From the sequence record SRR2962707_1178: 64,000 nucleotides of DNA. One strand, written 5' to 3'. Positions 1 to 10,747 of the stretch are shown piece after piece (the first letter of the stretch is position 1; each line of letters starts with the position of its first letter). Below the pieces are notes generated by a model. The model did no database searches, had not been told where the DNA came from, and was given only the letters and a program-made list of their open reading frames with translations. Both the position numbers and the translations under genes were made by a program.

Positions 1-1
1 C

Positions 2-1240
2 TGGAAAGGCATCAATGAATCCGACATGATCATGATGCCTCAAGATGACACAGTCATTGTTGACCCTTTCACTGAAGAGCCTACTTTGATTGTTCGTTGT
101 AACATCATCGAGCCTTCTACTATGCAAGGTTACGATCGCGACCCTCGCTCTGTTGCACTTCGCGCTGAAGAGTTCCTAAAAGCAACAGGCCTTGGCGACA
201 CAGCATTCTTCGGTCCTGAGCCTGAATTCTTCATCTTTGATGATGTTCGCTGGAAAACAGACATGTCTGGTTCAACAGTAGAAATCAACTCTGAAGAAGC
301 AGCTTGGTCTTCTAACAAGAAGATTGAAGGCGGCAACATGGGTCACCGTCCTTTCGTAAAAGGCGGCTACTTCCCAGTACCACCAGTTGACTCTCACCAT
401 GACCTACGTGGCGCAATGTGTGGCGCAATGGAATCCATGGGACTAGAAATCGAAGTTCATCACCACGAAGTAGCGACGGCTGGTCAAAACGAAATCGGTG
501 TGAAATTCAACACTCTCGTTAAGAAAGCCGATGAAGTTCAAATCCTTAAGTACTGTGTCCATAACGTGGCACACGCTTACGGCAAAACAGCGACTTTCAT
601 GCCGAAACCAATCGTTGGTGACAACGGTTCTGGTATGCATGTTCACCAATCTTTCTGGAAAGACGGCGAAAACCAATTCGCTGGTGATCAGTACGCTGGT
701 CTATCTGATATGGCGCTTTACTACATTGGCGGTATCATCAAGCACGCTAAAGCATTGAATGCGTTCACTAACGCTTCAACTAACTCTTACAAGCGTCTTG
801 TTCCAGGCTTCGAAGCACCAGTTATGCTAGCTTACTCAGCACGTAACCGTTCTGCTTCTATCCGTATCCCATACGTTGCAAGCCCTAAAGGCAAGCGTAT
901 TGAAGCGCGTTTCCCTGATCCAACCGCTAACCCATACCTAGCATTCTCAGCAATGTTGATGGCGGGTATCGACGGTATCAAAAACAAGATTCACCCTGGC
1001 GATGCAGCAGACAAAGATTTGTACGACCTACCAGCTGAAGAAGCTCTAGCCATCCCTCAAGTAGCTAGCAGCCTAGAAGAAGCGCTTTCTTGCCTAAACG
1101 AAGATCGCGAATTCTTGACTCAAGGCGGCGTATTCTCTGATGAGATGATCGATGCTTACATTGAACTTAAATCTGGTGATGCACAACGTGTTGCAATGAC
1201 AACTACACCACTTGAGTTCGAACTTTACTACAGCTTGTAA
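2..1240 (+). CDS. glnA: Glutamine synthetase type I (5' end lies upstream of the window)
   Basis: Frame is open from position 2 (WKGINESDM...). GS motifs [56 protein letters not shown] and adenylylation-site DLYDL are present. Followed by ntrB-ntrC. Confidence 0.98.
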   Translation, partial: WKGINESDMIMMPQDDTVIVDPFTEEPTLIVRCNIIEPSTMQGYDRDPRSVALRAEEFLKATGLGDTAFFGPEPEFFIFDDVRWKTDMSGSTVEINSEEAAWSSNKKIEGGNMGHRPFVKGGYFPVPPVDSHHDLRGAMCGAMESMGLEIEVHHHEVATAGQNEIGVKFNTLVKKADEVQILKYCVHNVAHAYGKTATFMPKPIVGDNGSGMHVHQSFWKDGENQFAGDQYAGLSDMALYYIGGIIKHAKALNAFTNASTNSYKRLVPGFEAPVMLAYSARNRSASIRIPYVASPKGKRIEARFPDPTANPYLAFSAMLMAGIDGIKNKIHPGDAADKDLYDLPAEEALAIPQVASSLEEALSCLNEDREFLTQGGVFSDEMIDAYIELKSGDAQRVAMTTTPLEFELYYSL

Positions 1241-1265
1241 TAGTAAAAGTCACACATGACTAACG

Positions 1266-1297
1266 AAAAGCCCCGATTCTATTTGGGGCTTTTTTTT
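1266..1297 (+). terminator. Rho-independent terminator after glnA
   Basis: AAAAGCCCC-loop-GGGGCTTTT followed by a T run. Confidence 0.85.
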
Positions 1298-1325
1298 GCC
1301 CTCTAAAAAAACACACGTTTATAGT

Positions 1326-1342
1326 TGCACCAATATGAAGCA
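1326..1342. promoter_or_regulatory. NtrC binding site (putative)
   Basis: TGCACCAATATGAAGCA vs consensus TGCACCA-N3-TGGTGCA; lies between glnA and ntrB. Confidence 0.7.
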
Positions 1343-1402
1343 CAATATCTTTCCAAACCCTGAAAATACTCAATTAAATCAATCTTATTAAGAACTCATT
1401 GT

Positions 1403-1418
1403 TGGTTCGTATTTTGCA
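1403..1418 (+). promoter_or_regulatory. sigma54 (-24/-12) promoter upstream of ntrB (putative)
   Basis: TGGTTCGTATTTTGCA: GG-N10-GC spacing with TTGCA; 30 bp before the start codon. Confidence 0.6.
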
Positions 1419-1448
1419 GTCAATAAGAGTCACTAAAGAGGCACGACT

Positions 1449-2534
1449 GTGTATAGCTTATTAATAGATCGTTTATCAACGGCTGTGGTGCAAGTAAACC
1501 GCGAGCTAATTATTGAATACTTAAATCCTGCTGCCGAAATGCTGCTCGAAGTGAGCCGTAAACGCATTTACGGCCAAGACTTGGGCGCGGTATTCCGAGA
1601 GGATGAAGACAGCGTCACGTCTTTGTATTCTGCCATTGAATCTGGGCACCCCTTTACCAAGCGGGAAGCGGAAGTAGAAATGGCGAATGAGAAAAAGCTA
1701 TTTTGCGATTACACAGTAACGCCTGTCATCGGCGCCATTAATACCACAGATAGCTTGCTTATCGAGCTTTACCCTAGAGATCGTATGAAACGAATTTCTC
1801 TAGAAGACGAACTCATTGCCAACCACCAAACCAGTAAAGAATTGGTGCGCAACCTAGCCCATGAAATTAAAAACCCACTTGGTGGTATCCGTGGCGCGGC
1901 ACAACTGATCAGCCGAGCTTTCACGGATGAAGCGCTAAAAGATTACACCCAAGTGATTATTGAAGAATCGGATCGCCTTCGCGATCTAGTCGACCGCTTA
2001 TTAGGACCTCGCCAGTTACCTAAAACCAAAGAACTCAATATTCACCGAGTTATTGAGCGAGTAAAGCAGCTTATTCAAGTGGAGTCAGACGGGCAAATTG
2101 AGATCATCCGGGATTATGACCCAAGTATTCCAGACATTATCGGAGACGAATCTCAACTTATTCAAGCCTTGTTGAACGTGTCCCGTAATGCAATGCAGGC
2201 CTTATTAGAGCAAGAAGACAATCACCAGAAACAAATTCGCTTAGTCACCCGCGCATTACGACAATTCACCATTGGCGCAAAACGCCATCGTTTGGTGTGC
2301 AAAATCAGCATTATTGATAATGGCCCTGGCATTCCTGAGCCCTTATTAAAAACCCTATTTTACCCAATGGTTAGTGGCCGAGCCGATGGCACTGGGCTTG
2401 GACTTTCGATTTCACAATCCGTGATCCATCAGCACAACGGAATTATCGAGTGCCATAGCCAACCACAAAACACAGAATTTAATATATTAATGCCCATTGA
2501 GACGATCGTCCCAGGCAAGGAGAAAAACACATGA
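1449..2534 (+). CDS. glnL: Nitrogen regulation sensor histidine kinase NtrB
   Basis: PAS N-terminus, H-box LAHEIKNPLGGIRGAAQL, DNGPGIP, GTGLGL; downstream of glnA. Confidence 0.97.
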   Translation: MYSLLIDRLSTAVVQVNRELIIEYLNPAAEMLLEVSRKRIYGQDLGAVFREDEDSVTSLYSAIESGHPFTKREAEVEMANEKKLFCDYTVTPVIGAINTTDSLLIELYPRDRMKRISLEDELIANHQTSKELVRNLAHEIKNPLGGIRGAAQLISRAFTDEALKDYTQVIIEESDRLRDLVDRLLGPRQLPKTKELNIHRVIERVKQLIQVESDGQIEIIRDYDPSIPDIIGDESQLIQALLNVSRNAMQALLEQEDNHQKQIRLVTRALRQFTIGAKRHRLVCKISIIDNGPGIPEPLLKTLFYPMVSGRADGTGLGLSISQSVIHQHNGIIECHSQPQNTEFNILMPIETIVPGKEKNT

Positions 2535-3964
2535 CACCACAAGAAACAGTATGGATTGTAGACGATGACAGATCGATTCGTTGGGTACTGGAAAAAACCC
2601 TAGAACAAGAGGGCATCCAGTGTCGCTTATTCGAATCCGCTGAAACCCTGGTGGACATTATTGATCATGAGCAACCCAGTGCGATCATCAGTGATATTCG
2701 TATGCCGGGCATGGATGGCTTAACTCTGCTCAACAAGCTACAAAACGACCATCCTCATTTGCCAGTGATTATCATGACGGCGCATTCTGACCTAGAAAGT
2801 GCGGTGGCCTCTTATCAAGGCGGCGCGTTTGAATACTTACCAAAGCCGTTTGATGTCGAAGAAGCCGTCAGCTTGGTAAAACGCGCTATTTTGCACCACA
2901 GAAACTCCATGCCGAGCCTCGACGAGCCAGTCGAAGAAATAGAAACACAAGTGGACAAGGACATCATTGGTGAAGCGCCAGCGATGCAAGAGGTGTTCCG
3001 TGCCATCGGTCGTCTTGCCAATTCCAATATTACTGTACTGATTAATGGTGAGTCCGGTACGGGTAAAGAGCTTGTCGCTCAAGCTCTGCATACCCACAGC
3101 CCAAGAGCGGCTAACCCTTTCATCGCTCTGAACATGGCGGCGATTCCCCATGACTTAATCGAATCCGAATTATTCGGCCATGAGAAAGGCGCTTTTACTG
3201 GCGCCAACACACAACGCCGCGGACGATTCGAGCAAGCCAATGGTGGCACACTGTTTCTAGATGAAATAGGCGATATGCCAGCGGAAACACAAACTCGACT
3301 ACTGCGTGTATTAGCCGACGGTGAGTTCTATCGTGTGGGGGGTCATACACCAGTAAAAGTCGATGTGCGTATTATCGCGGCGACTCACCAAAACCTTGAA
3401 GGCTTGGTGCTAAAAGGCTCATTCCGTGAAGATTTATTTCACCGCCTAAACGTGATCCGCATTCATTTACCAAAATTAGCAGAGCGACGCGAAGATATTC
3501 CTAAGCTGGCACGACACTTTTTAAGCCGTGCTGCCGAAGAACTGGCGGTAGAACCCAAACTGCTGACCAAAGAAACCGAAAACTACCTCACCCGACTGGA
3601 GTGGCCTGGTAACGTGCGCCAGCTCGAAAACACCTGTCGCTGGTTGATTGTTATGGCATCGGGACGTGAAGTCCTAGTAGAAGATTTACCGCCAGAGTTA
3701 CTCTCAGCAACGCCGAGCGAGCAGCCTTTTGGCTCTTGGGAAGAAGCGCTGAAAAACTGGGTAGACAGCGCTTTAGCCAGTGGTCAAAAAGGCATTTTAG
3801 AACAAGCGGTGCCAAAGTTTGAACGCATTATGATTGAAACGGCATTAGCCCATACTGCAGGGCGCCGTCGCGACGCCTCTTTATTATTGGGCTGGGGACG
3901 CAATACGCTGACCCGAAAAATAAAAGAACTCGGCATAGATAATACCGAACAAGAAGAAGATTAA
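2531..3964 (+). CDS. glnG: Nitrogen regulation response regulator NtrC
   Basis: Receiver domain, [15 protein letters not shown]-terminal [19 protein letters not shown] overlap with ntrB. Confidence 0.98.
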   Translation: MTPQETVWIVDDDRSIRWVLEKTLEQEGIQCRLFESAETLVDIIDHEQPSAIISDIRMPGMDGLTLLNKLQNDHPHLPVIIMTAHSDLESAVASYQGGAFEYLPKPFDVEEAVSLVKRAILHHRNSMPSLDEPVEEIETQVDKDIIGEAPAMQEVFRAIGRLANSNITVLINGESGTGKELVAQALHTHSPRAANPFIALNMAAIPHDLIESELFGHEKGAFTGANTQRRGRFEQANGGTLFLDEIGDMPAETQTRLLRVLADGEFYRVGGHTPVKVDVRIIAATHQNLEGLVLKGSFREDLFHRLNVIRIHLPKLAERREDIPKLARHFLSRAAEELAVEPKLLTKETENYLTRLEWPGNVRQLENTCRWLIVMASGREVLVEDLPPELLSATPSEQPFGSWEEALKNWVDSALASGQKGILEQAVPKFERIMIETALAHTAGRRRDASLLLGWGRNTLTRKIKELGIDNTEQEED

Positions 3965-4123
3965 CGCTTCTACTAAAAGATGATTGCAGGAAAATGAAGG
4001 CGGGTAATTAATTACCGGCTTCCTGCGTCATCTCAATTTTCTTCTGCTTTACCCTTGCTTTTAAACATAACAATCCCATACTACTTAACTAAGTATTATA
4101 CAAACACTAAATAGGACCTTGTT

Positions 4124-4504
4124 ATGCATCCAACGCTTGAATCTATGGGCATCACCAGTACAGAAAATATCGAAAAATTTACCCTTCGATATGAAAATGG
4201 ACAAGATGTTTTAAAAGTATATTATCGTCGTGAAAAAGGCTCTCTACTGCCAAAAAGTAAAAAGTTTAAATTCGGCCGATCAACCAAAACCGTATTAGCC
4301 GATGGCGGACAACAAACTTACCGCCAAGTACAAGAACCTTCTTTAATTGTGGTTCGTGCGTTAGAAGAACTTGAGCAGATTGTCGGTAAACAACATGAAA
4401 TCAAAGTTTCTAAAGATGATCTAATTGTTGAGTTAGAACACCTAGAAAAAGTCATGGAAAGTAAAATTGCTGACATCAAAGAAAAAATCAAAGCGCTAAA
4501 ATAA
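4124..4504 (+). CDS. DUF3461 / YaeH-like protein
   Basis: DVLKVYY..EKGSLLPKSKKFKF.R.TKTVLADGG resembles YaeH; C-terminal coiled coil. Confidence 0.8.
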   Translation: MHPTLESMGITSTENIEKFTLRYENGQDVLKVYYRREKGSLLPKSKKFKFGRSTKTVLADGGQQTYRQVQEPSLIVVRALEELEQIVGKQHEIKVSKDDLIVELEHLEKVMESKIADIKEKIKALK

Positions 4505-4646
4505 GCGATTGATGCTCTTTCAAGTCATCTAGTTGGACTCTGGGCTGATTAATTTTTGTTAATCGGCCTTCCCTTCTAGCTCCTCATAAGAAATACCCTT
4601 AAAATTCCCTCTGACAATTTTCCTCTTCCTGTCTGAGTGATCTTCC

Positions 4647-5204
4647 ATGAAACTGATACATTCCCCTGAACTACTCGCCGACATCATGCGTCAAGGCGGT
4701 GTTGTTGCCTACCCAACGGAAGCCGTTTGGGGTTTAGGTTGTGATCCATTCAACGAATCTGCAGTCAAAAAGATTCTGTCTCTGAAATCACGCGCCATGG
4801 AAAAAGGCCTAATTTTGGTTGCGAGCAACCCCTCACATCTTCTTCCTTGGACAAAAACACTGAGCGCAGAATCGGCAACACGACTCACCAGTCGCACGCT
4901 TATACCGACTTCTTGGGTAGTTCCAGACACTCACATCGCACCAGAATGGGTCCGTGGACAACACGCCAGCGTGGCCATTCGTCTGTCGCAACATGCGCCA
5001 GTTCAGGCATTATGCGATGCCTTCGACGGTGTTCTTGTCTCCACTTCGGCAAACCCAGCAGGGCTCGAACCTGCCATGTCGAAAGAAGAAGTCATGGCTT
5101 ACTTTGGCGATGGGGTTGATGCGATTTACGATGCTCCTCTTGGAGAAAGCCTGCAGCCTTCGCAAGTGAAAGACTTAATAAGCGACACCTTATTTCGCGC
5201 TTAA
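4647..5204 (+). CDS. tsaC: L-threonylcarbamoyladenylate synthase (Sua5/YrdC family)
   Basis: [16 protein letters not shown]...KGLIL, STSAN motifs. Confidence 0.93.
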   Translation: MKLIHSPELLADIMRQGGVVAYPTEAVWGLGCDPFNESAVKKILSLKSRAMEKGLILVASNPSHLLPWTKTLSAESATRLTSRTLIPTSWVVPDTHIAPEWVRGQHASVAIRLSQHAPVQALCDAFDGVLVSTSANPAGLEPAMSKEEVMAYFGDGVDAIYDAPLGESLQPSQVKDLISDTLFRA

Positions 5205-5234
5205 TGCCCTGTTAACACAGCGCTCAACAGCAAT

Positions 5235-5274
5235 AAAAATGGCGAACCCTAATCCATAGAGTTCGCCATTTTTT
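5235..5274. terminator. Bidirectional terminator between convergent tsaC and livF
   Basis: AAAAATGGCGAAC...GTTCGCCATTTTT inverted repeat. Confidence 0.8.
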
Positions 5275-5300
5275 ATTTCTAAGTCAGTAACTTGAGCGAA

Positions 5301-6014
5301 TTAATGTCCGCCTAGATACGCCTCTCGCACTTCTGGATTCACCAACAACTCAGCCCCTGTGCCAGTCAAACGAATTTCTCCGTTTACCATCACATAGCCA
5401 CGATCCGCCAGTTTCAATGCGTGGTTGGCGTTTTGCTCTACCAAGAAAATTGTCATACCTGTGCTGGCCACATCCTTCAAGATTTGAAAGATTTGCTTCA
5501 CGATAATAGGCGCAAGCCCCAAACTCGGCTCGTCCAACAACAACAGCTTAGGACGACTCATTAACGCCCGAGCAATGGCCAACATTTGTTGCTCACCACC
5601 AGACATGGTCGACGCCCGTTGATTGCGGCGTTCTTCCAAGCGTGGAAACAGCTCAAACATACGTTTCATGTCTTCATTCGCATACTGCATGCCGATTGGA
5701 ATTGTCCCCATCAATAGGTTCTCTTCGACCGACATGCTCGGAAATATACGCCGTCCTTCTGGTGATTGAGCCAACCCATGAGACGCCACATAATGGGCAG
5801 ACTTTTGCGAAATGTCTTCTCCACGGTAAATAATCTCACCGCTCGAAATTCGTGGCTGGCCAAAAATAGACATCAGTAGAGTCGACTTACCGGCGCCATT
5901 GGCACCGATCATGGTGACAATTTCACCTTCATCTATCGTTAACGATACCTTTTTTAACGCTTGGATTGGACCATAATGGACATCCACCTCTTTAAATTCC
6001 ATCAAGGTTGTCAT
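5301..6014 (-). CDS. livF: Branched-chain amino acid-type ABC transporter ATP-binding subunit
   Basis: GANGAGKST, SGGEQQMLAIARALM, LLDEPSLGLAP. Confidence 0.93.
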   Translation of the reverse strand: MTTLMEFKEVDVHYGPIQALKKVSLTIDEGEIVTMIGANGAGKSTLLMSIFGQPRISSGEIIYRGEDISQKSAHYVASHGLAQSPEGRRIFPSMSVEENLLMGTIPIGMQYANEDMKRMFELFPRLEERRNQRASTMSGGEQQMLAIARALMSRPKLLLLDEPSLGLAPIIVKQIFQILKDVASTGMTIFLVEQNANHALKLADRGYVMVNGEIRLTGTGAELLVNPEVREAYLGGH

Positions 6015-6892
6015 AGGGTCACCTCCTCGCCTTCTTCTGCCCCGAGATAGGCGGCAATTACTTTTGGATTACTCTTGATATCATCAGGACCGCCATCGGC
6101 GATCACTTCACCATGATCAAGAACAACAATATAATCCGAAATATCCATCACCATGCCCATATCGTGCTCAATCAATAAGACGGTGGTCTTATGCTGGTCT
6201 CGCAAAACACGGATCATTTTCGTTAAGGCTTCGGTTTCCGACGGGTTTAACCCAGCGGCTGGCTCATCGAGACACACTATTTCTGGATTAGTACACATGG
6301 CTCGAGCAATTTCTAAGCGACGCTGCTGACCATAAGAAAGCTCTCCCGCTAAACGGTTCGCAAAGTCCACTAGATCAACAACGCCTAGCCAATAAAAAGC
6401 ACGCTCTAGCGCTTCTTCTTCTGCGAGTTGATAGGCTTTAGTGTTCAAAATGCCGCCCAATAGGTTGCGATTGACGCGCATGTGCTGAGCCACCAATAGG
6501 TTCTCTACCACCGACATTTCTTTAAATAAACGAATGTTTTGAAAGGTTCTTGATAAACCTGCACGGTTAACCAAATGTGAGCCGCCAAACATTTTGTATT
6601 TTAAGCGCTGAAAAAACGCCACCGGTGAAATAAAGTCAGTGCCTTTAAAAGGTTCACCTAACACTTTGATCACACTGGTTTCTTTGTTGTTGGCAGACAA
6701 CATGATGTTGCCTCCCGTGGCCTTATAAAAGCCTGTCAGACAGTTAAATACCGTTGTTTTACCTGCTCCATTAGGCCCAATCAAAGCCGATACTGAGCCG
6801 CGTTTTATATCAAAGGTCACATCATTAAGGGCCTTAATACCACCAAAGTGCATGACCAAGTTTTCTACTTTAAGGATGTTTTCTTGGCTCAT
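6011..6892 (-). CDS. livG: Branched-chain amino acid-type ABC transporter ATP-binding subunit
   Basis: GPNGAGKTT, RTFQNIRLF, LSYGQQRRLEIARA, DEPAAGLN. Confidence 0.93.
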   Translation of the reverse strand: MSQENILKVENLVMHFGGIKALNDVTFDIKRGSVSALIGPNGAGKTTVFNCLTGFYKATGGNIMLSANNKETSVIKVLGEPFKGTDFISPVAFFQRLKYKMFGGSHLVNRAGLSRTFQNIRLFKEMSVVENLLVAQHMRVNRNLLGGILNTKAYQLAEEEALERAFYWLGVVDLVDFANRLAGELSYGQQRRLEIARAMCTNPEIVCLDEPAAGLNPSETEALTKMIRVLRDQHKTTVLLIEHDMGMVMDISDYIVVLDHGEVIADGGPDDIKSNPKVIAAYLGAEEGEEVTL

Positions 6893-8163
6893 TTAACCGC
6901 CCCTTCTCTCGCAGCAAAACCATTTCGAGTCACACGAACGAGACCGCGAGGTTTCCAAATCATCATGACCACCATCAAGATACCGAACAACAGCACTCGG
7001 AATTCGGCCACTTCCCTTAACATCTCAGGCAATACGGTCAAACAGAACGCGGCAATAACCACACCCAGTGTTGACCCCATGCCACCGAGTACAACAATCG
7101 CGAGAATCAATGCTGATTCAAAGAAAGTAAACGAGGATGGACTAACAAAGCCTTGATAAGTGGCGAAGAACACCCCAGCCAAACCGGCGGTAGAAGCGCC
7201 CAACATAAAGGCAGATAACTTAACTAAAACATGGTTTAAACCTAAAGAACGACACGCAATTTCATCTTCTCGCAGCGCTTCCCAAGCACGGCCAATGGGC
7301 ATTTTAACCAAGCGATGCTTGATAAACAGAACCGCCCAAACCACAGCAAACAGCACCAAATAGATAAACATGTATTTGTAGCCAGAATCGTAGGGCAAAT
7401 TAAAGAACTCATGGAAGGTCTCACCGCTTGCGGATCGCCGCTTGAACTCCAGCCCAAAAAAGGTTGGTAGTGGCGCAGAAATACCATTAGGTCCGTGGGT
7501 CAAGGACACCCAGTTGGTTAACACCAAGCGAATGATTTCACCAAAGCCCAGGGTCACAATCGCCAAATAGTCACCGTGCATTCGCAACACCGGGAAACCC
7601 AGTATGGCGCCAGCAAACGCGGCGGCTATGGCAGCAATAGGAAGCATCGACCAGAACCCTAGACCCAGATTTTCATAGCCCAAAGCCAGTGCATAAGCAC
7701 CGATGGCGTAAAAACCCACAAAGCCAAGATCCAGCAAACCCGCTAAGCCAACAACGATATTAAGGCCAAGTCCAAGTAGGACGTAAATCAAGCCTAAAAT
7801 CATGACCGTTAAGATGTATTTAGACGCAATAAAGGGAATCAGAAAACCGATCACCATGACCACAGGGATTACCCAAATCATTTTGGATTTAAAATGCGGA
7901 GGATTCACCGTTACGCCATCATGGTTGCTGGCATATTTAAAGATCATTGCCTTACCTTTTTCGGTTTGAAAATAGTAAGACATAATAAAGCGGCCAACAA
8001 AGACAACGCAGACAATCACTGCCACCCGCTGAAAGTCGATATCAAATTTATAGCCGTCAAGAACGACCCCCATAATGGGACCAAACACCACCAACGCCAT
8101 CAATGCAGCAACAACGGCATCAGTGAAGCATTGCTTATAATTCATACCTGCTGTTTGACTCAT
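6889..8163 (-). CDS. livM: Branched-chain amino acid-type ABC transporter permease
   Basis: GLNIVVGLAGLLDLG, GDYLAIVTLGFGEIIR. Confidence 0.93.
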   Translation of the reverse strand: MSQTAGMNYKQCFTDAVVAALMALVVFGPIMGVVLDGYKFDIDFQRVAVIVCVVFVGRFIMSYYFQTEKGKAMIFKYASNHDGVTVNPPHFKSKMIWVIPVVMVIGFLIPFIASKYILTVMILGLIYVLLGLGLNIVVGLAGLLDLGFVGFYAIGAYALALGYENLGLGFWSMLPIAAIAAAFAGAILGFPVLRMHGDYLAIVTLGFGEIIRLVLTNWVSLTHGPNGISAPLPTFFGLEFKRRSASGETFHEFFNLPYDSGYKYMFIYLVLFAVVWAVLFIKHRLVKMPIGRAWEALREDEIACRSLGLNHVLVKLSAFMLGASTAGLAGVFFATYQGFVSPSSFTFFESALILAIVVLGGMGSTLGVVIAAFCLTVLPEMLREVAEFRVLLFGILMVVMMIWKPRGLVRVTRNGFAAREGAVK

Positions 8164-9075
8164 TTATACTTTCTCCACTGCTGGTTTGCCTAGAAGACCA
8201 CTTGGACGAATAATCAAAATGAGCACTAACAAAGAGAAAGAGAACACGTCTTTATAATCAGAGCTCACTAGACCAGCGAACAAGGATTCAGAAAGACCTA
8301 AAATAATGCCCCCTAACATCGCCCCAGGTAAGGACCCAATGCCACCGAGCACCGCAGCCGTAAAGGCTTTAATTCCCATAATAAAACCAATATAGAAATC
8401 AAACGCGCCATAATCGAGCGTGACCAACACACCAGCCAGCGCTGCCATCGCGGAACCAATGACAAACACAGAAGAAATAACCTTATCGGTATCAATGCCC
8501 AAGATAGAAGCCATCTTGCGGTCTTGTTGAGTCGCACGACACATGCGGCCCAGCTTTGTCTTCTGAATAATATAAGTCAGTACCGCCATACCAGTGAATG
8601 CGATCAGCAAGATCAATAATTTCATGTAGGTGATCTGGACAAATCCATCGCCAATATGGAAGCGGAAGGCACCACTTAATAAGGTAGGCACACCTTGTTG
8701 GTTAGGCCCCTGACTAAGCTGTACGTAGTTTTGCAGAATAAGAGACATACCGATCGCAGAGATCAGCACAGAAAGACGACTAGAGTTACGTAATGGTCGA
8801 TAAGCAACACGCTCTATCACCCACCCATAGGCTCCGGTAATCACAATCGTAAAGATTAACGCACCAAAAATAATGAAAGGAAAAGATTGCACGCCAAAGA
8901 AAGTAAGCAGTGCGATTGAAATGGCAGTGAGATAAGCAGAAACCATGTAAACATCGCCATGGGCGAAGTTAATCATGCCAATAATGCCGTACACCATGGT
9001 GTAGCCGATCGCTATAAGCCCATAAACAGAGCCAAGAGTTAGGCCGTTGACCAACTGCTGGAGAACGATATCCAT
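8164..9075 (-). CDS. livH: Branched-chain amino acid-type ABC transporter permease (start re-set to MDIVLQQ)
   Basis: QQLVNGLTLGSVYGLIAIGYTMVYGIIGMINFAHG; RBS-like GAGG just upstream of the ATG at 9075. Confidence 0.92.
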   Translation of the reverse strand: MDIVLQQLVNGLTLGSVYGLIAIGYTMVYGIIGMINFAHGDVYMVSAYLTAISIALLTFFGVQSFPFIIFGALIFTIVITGAYGWVIERVAYRPLRNSSRLSVLISAIGMSLILQNYVQLSQGPNQQGVPTLLSGAFRFHIGDGFVQITYMKLLILLIAFTGMAVLTYIIQKTKLGRMCRATQQDRKMASILGIDTDKVISSVFVIGSAMAALAGVLVTLDYGAFDFYIGFIMGIKAFTAAVLGGIGSLPGAMLGGIILGLSESLFAGLVSSDYKDVFSFSLLVLILIIRPSGLLGKPAVEKV

Positions 9076-9109
9076 CGTATAACCTCGCGGAAATGTAAAT
9101 CGAAGAACA

Positions 9110-9138
9110 ACTCGCCGATGCACTGAACATCGGCGAGT
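9110..9138 (-). other. Intercistronic hairpin between the binding-protein gene and livH
   Basis: ACTCGCCGATG-7 nt-CATCGGCGAGT perfect stem; typical position for an mRNA-stabilising or attenuating hairpin. Confidence 0.65.
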
Positions 9139-9161
9139 AATAAACTAAATTAATTCAGCAA

Positions 9162-10274
9162 TTAATCTAATTGGATGTACTTACCTTTATCATTCCACTC
9201 ATACATAACATAATCCGATACGGTTAAATCGCCTTTTTTATCAAAGCTCTTTTTACCCATTACCGTATCAACAGAGTGAGCATGCAACCATTCCGCGCCT
9301 TTAATAGGATCTAAATCCGCGTGTTGTAATGCCGCTGCTGCAACCTGCAATGCTGTGTAAGAATACAGAGTATACCCTTCTGGCTCATAGCCATTTGCTT
9401 GGAACTCTTTCACGACGTTTTTGCCGCTTGGGTATGACATTGGATCAGCACCAAATGTCATCATCACGCCTTTCACATATTGTGGACCACCGGCAACGGT
9501 AACAAACTCATCAGAAACGATACCATCGCCTGACATAAAGATGGCTTTGGACCCTTGTTCACGAAGCTGGCGAACCAATGGACCCGCTTCAGAATGCAAA
9601 CCACCAAAATACACAACGTCTGCATCCACAGAACGAATCTTAGTGACGAGTGCGTTAAAGTCTTTTTCACCACGAGTTAGACCCTCGTACATGACTTCTT
9701 TTGTACCATACGCATTTAACGATGCTTTCATTGCATCTGCTAAACCTTTTCCGTAGGTGTCTTTATCGTGAATAATCGCCACGCGTTTTGCTTTCAATTT
9801 ATCAACAATATAACTTGCTGCTACATCGCCTTGCTGGTCATCACGACCACAAACACGGAAAACATTAGGCAGGCCACGATCTGTGATCGTTGGGTTCGTT
9901 GACGCTGGTGTTACCATTAAGACACCTGCTTCAGCGTAAATATTTGAGGCAGGTTGAGTAGAAGAAGAACAGAAGTGACCAACGACCGCTACAGCGCCAT
10001 CAGAGTCAACTAAACGGTTGGCAACAGACACTGCTTGTTTTGGTTCACAAGCATCATCGGCTTTCACCAACTTAATCATCTCACCATTAATACCGCCAGA
10101 GGCATTAATGTCTTTTGCCGCCTGCTCAGCCCCTTTCCATAGTTGTTCGCCAAACGCAGCATAAGCCCCTGTATGAGGACCTGCTACACCAATTACCACA
10201 TCTGCTTGAGCCAGTGTCGCTGCACCTGCTACCGCAATAGAAATTAACGTTTTCCTTACTACCGCATTTGACAT
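9162..10274 (-). CDS. Branched-chain amino acid-type ABC substrate-binding protein (LivJ/LivK/BraC family)
   Basis: Signal peptide, DDACEPKQAV, GHFCSSST, TPASTNP, GRDDQQG. Confidence 0.92.
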   Translation of the reverse strand: MSNAVVRKTLISIAVAGAATLAQADVVIGVAGPHTGAYAAFGEQLWKGAEQAAKDINASGGINGEMIKLVKADDACEPKQAVSVANRLVDSDGAVAVVGHFCSSSTQPASNIYAEAGVLMVTPASTNPTITDRGLPNVFRVCGRDDQQGDVAASYIVDKLKAKRVAIIHDKDTYGKGLADAMKASLNAYGTKEVMYEGLTRGEKDFNALVTKIRSVDADVVYFGGLHSEAGPLVRQLREQGSKAIFMSGDGIVSDEFVTVAGGPQYVKGVMMTFGADPMSYPSGKNVVKEFQANGYEPEGYTLYSYTALQVAAAALQHADLDPIKGAEWLHAHSVDTVMGKKSFDKKGDLTVSDYVMYEWNDKGKYIQLD

Positions 10275-10319
10275 AAGAAGAGCTCCTACTCGTTTTTTTG
10301 TTTATCGTTATTATATAAA

Positions 10320-10335
10320 AGCAAGAAGCGTTCCA
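10320..10335 (-). promoter_or_regulatory. sigma54 promoter of the liv-type operon
   Basis: Minus strand TGGAACGCTTCTTGCT, near-consensus TGGCACG-N4-TTGC. Confidence 0.8.
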
Positions 10336-10398
10336 AAAATAAGTCATCCCTAAAATGACATATAAAATGGAACTTTATACGGAATTCCCTAAAGAATG

Positions 10399-10415
10399 TG
10401 CACCGCAATGTAGCA
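10399..10415. promoter_or_regulatory. NtrC binding site upstream of the liv sigma54 promoter (putative)
   Basis: TGCACCGCAATGTAGCA; a weaker half-match AGCACTAAAATAG lies at ~10453. Confidence 0.6.
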
Positions 10416-10704
10416 ACAGACTAATATTTGAACAGTCTGTGGTCAATAGAGAAGCACTAAAATAGAAAAATAAACTGCGAGAAGAGTTTGAATAGATAAA
10501 ATTAAACACTGTAAAAATACTATAGAGCGGTGTTTTATACTCTAAGAAGGCACTTTACTAGGGGAAGGACTTATCGTAATTAGGCGTAAAATGAGCCAGG
10601 ATACAGCGCTAAACCACAGGGGGATAGCAACGAAATGAGGACAGGAGCCAAGCTTAGTGAAACATGCTTATGTGAAAATACTAACCGCTTGGACGATAAA
10701 ATGA

Positions 10705-10737
10705 AAAGCATTTAAGTCATTAATTTAAATGCTTTTC
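10705..10737 (-). terminator. Terminator downstream of the yibQ-like gene
   Basis: AAAGCATTTAA...TTAAATGCTTT inverted repeat. Confidence 0.6.
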
Positions 10738-10747
10738 ACCGAACACA

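Noticed and set aside
10420..10700. Possible sRNA or riboswitch upstream of the liv promoter
   Set aside because: No recognisable aptamer, ORF or promoter-terminator pair by eye; an Rfam search would be needed
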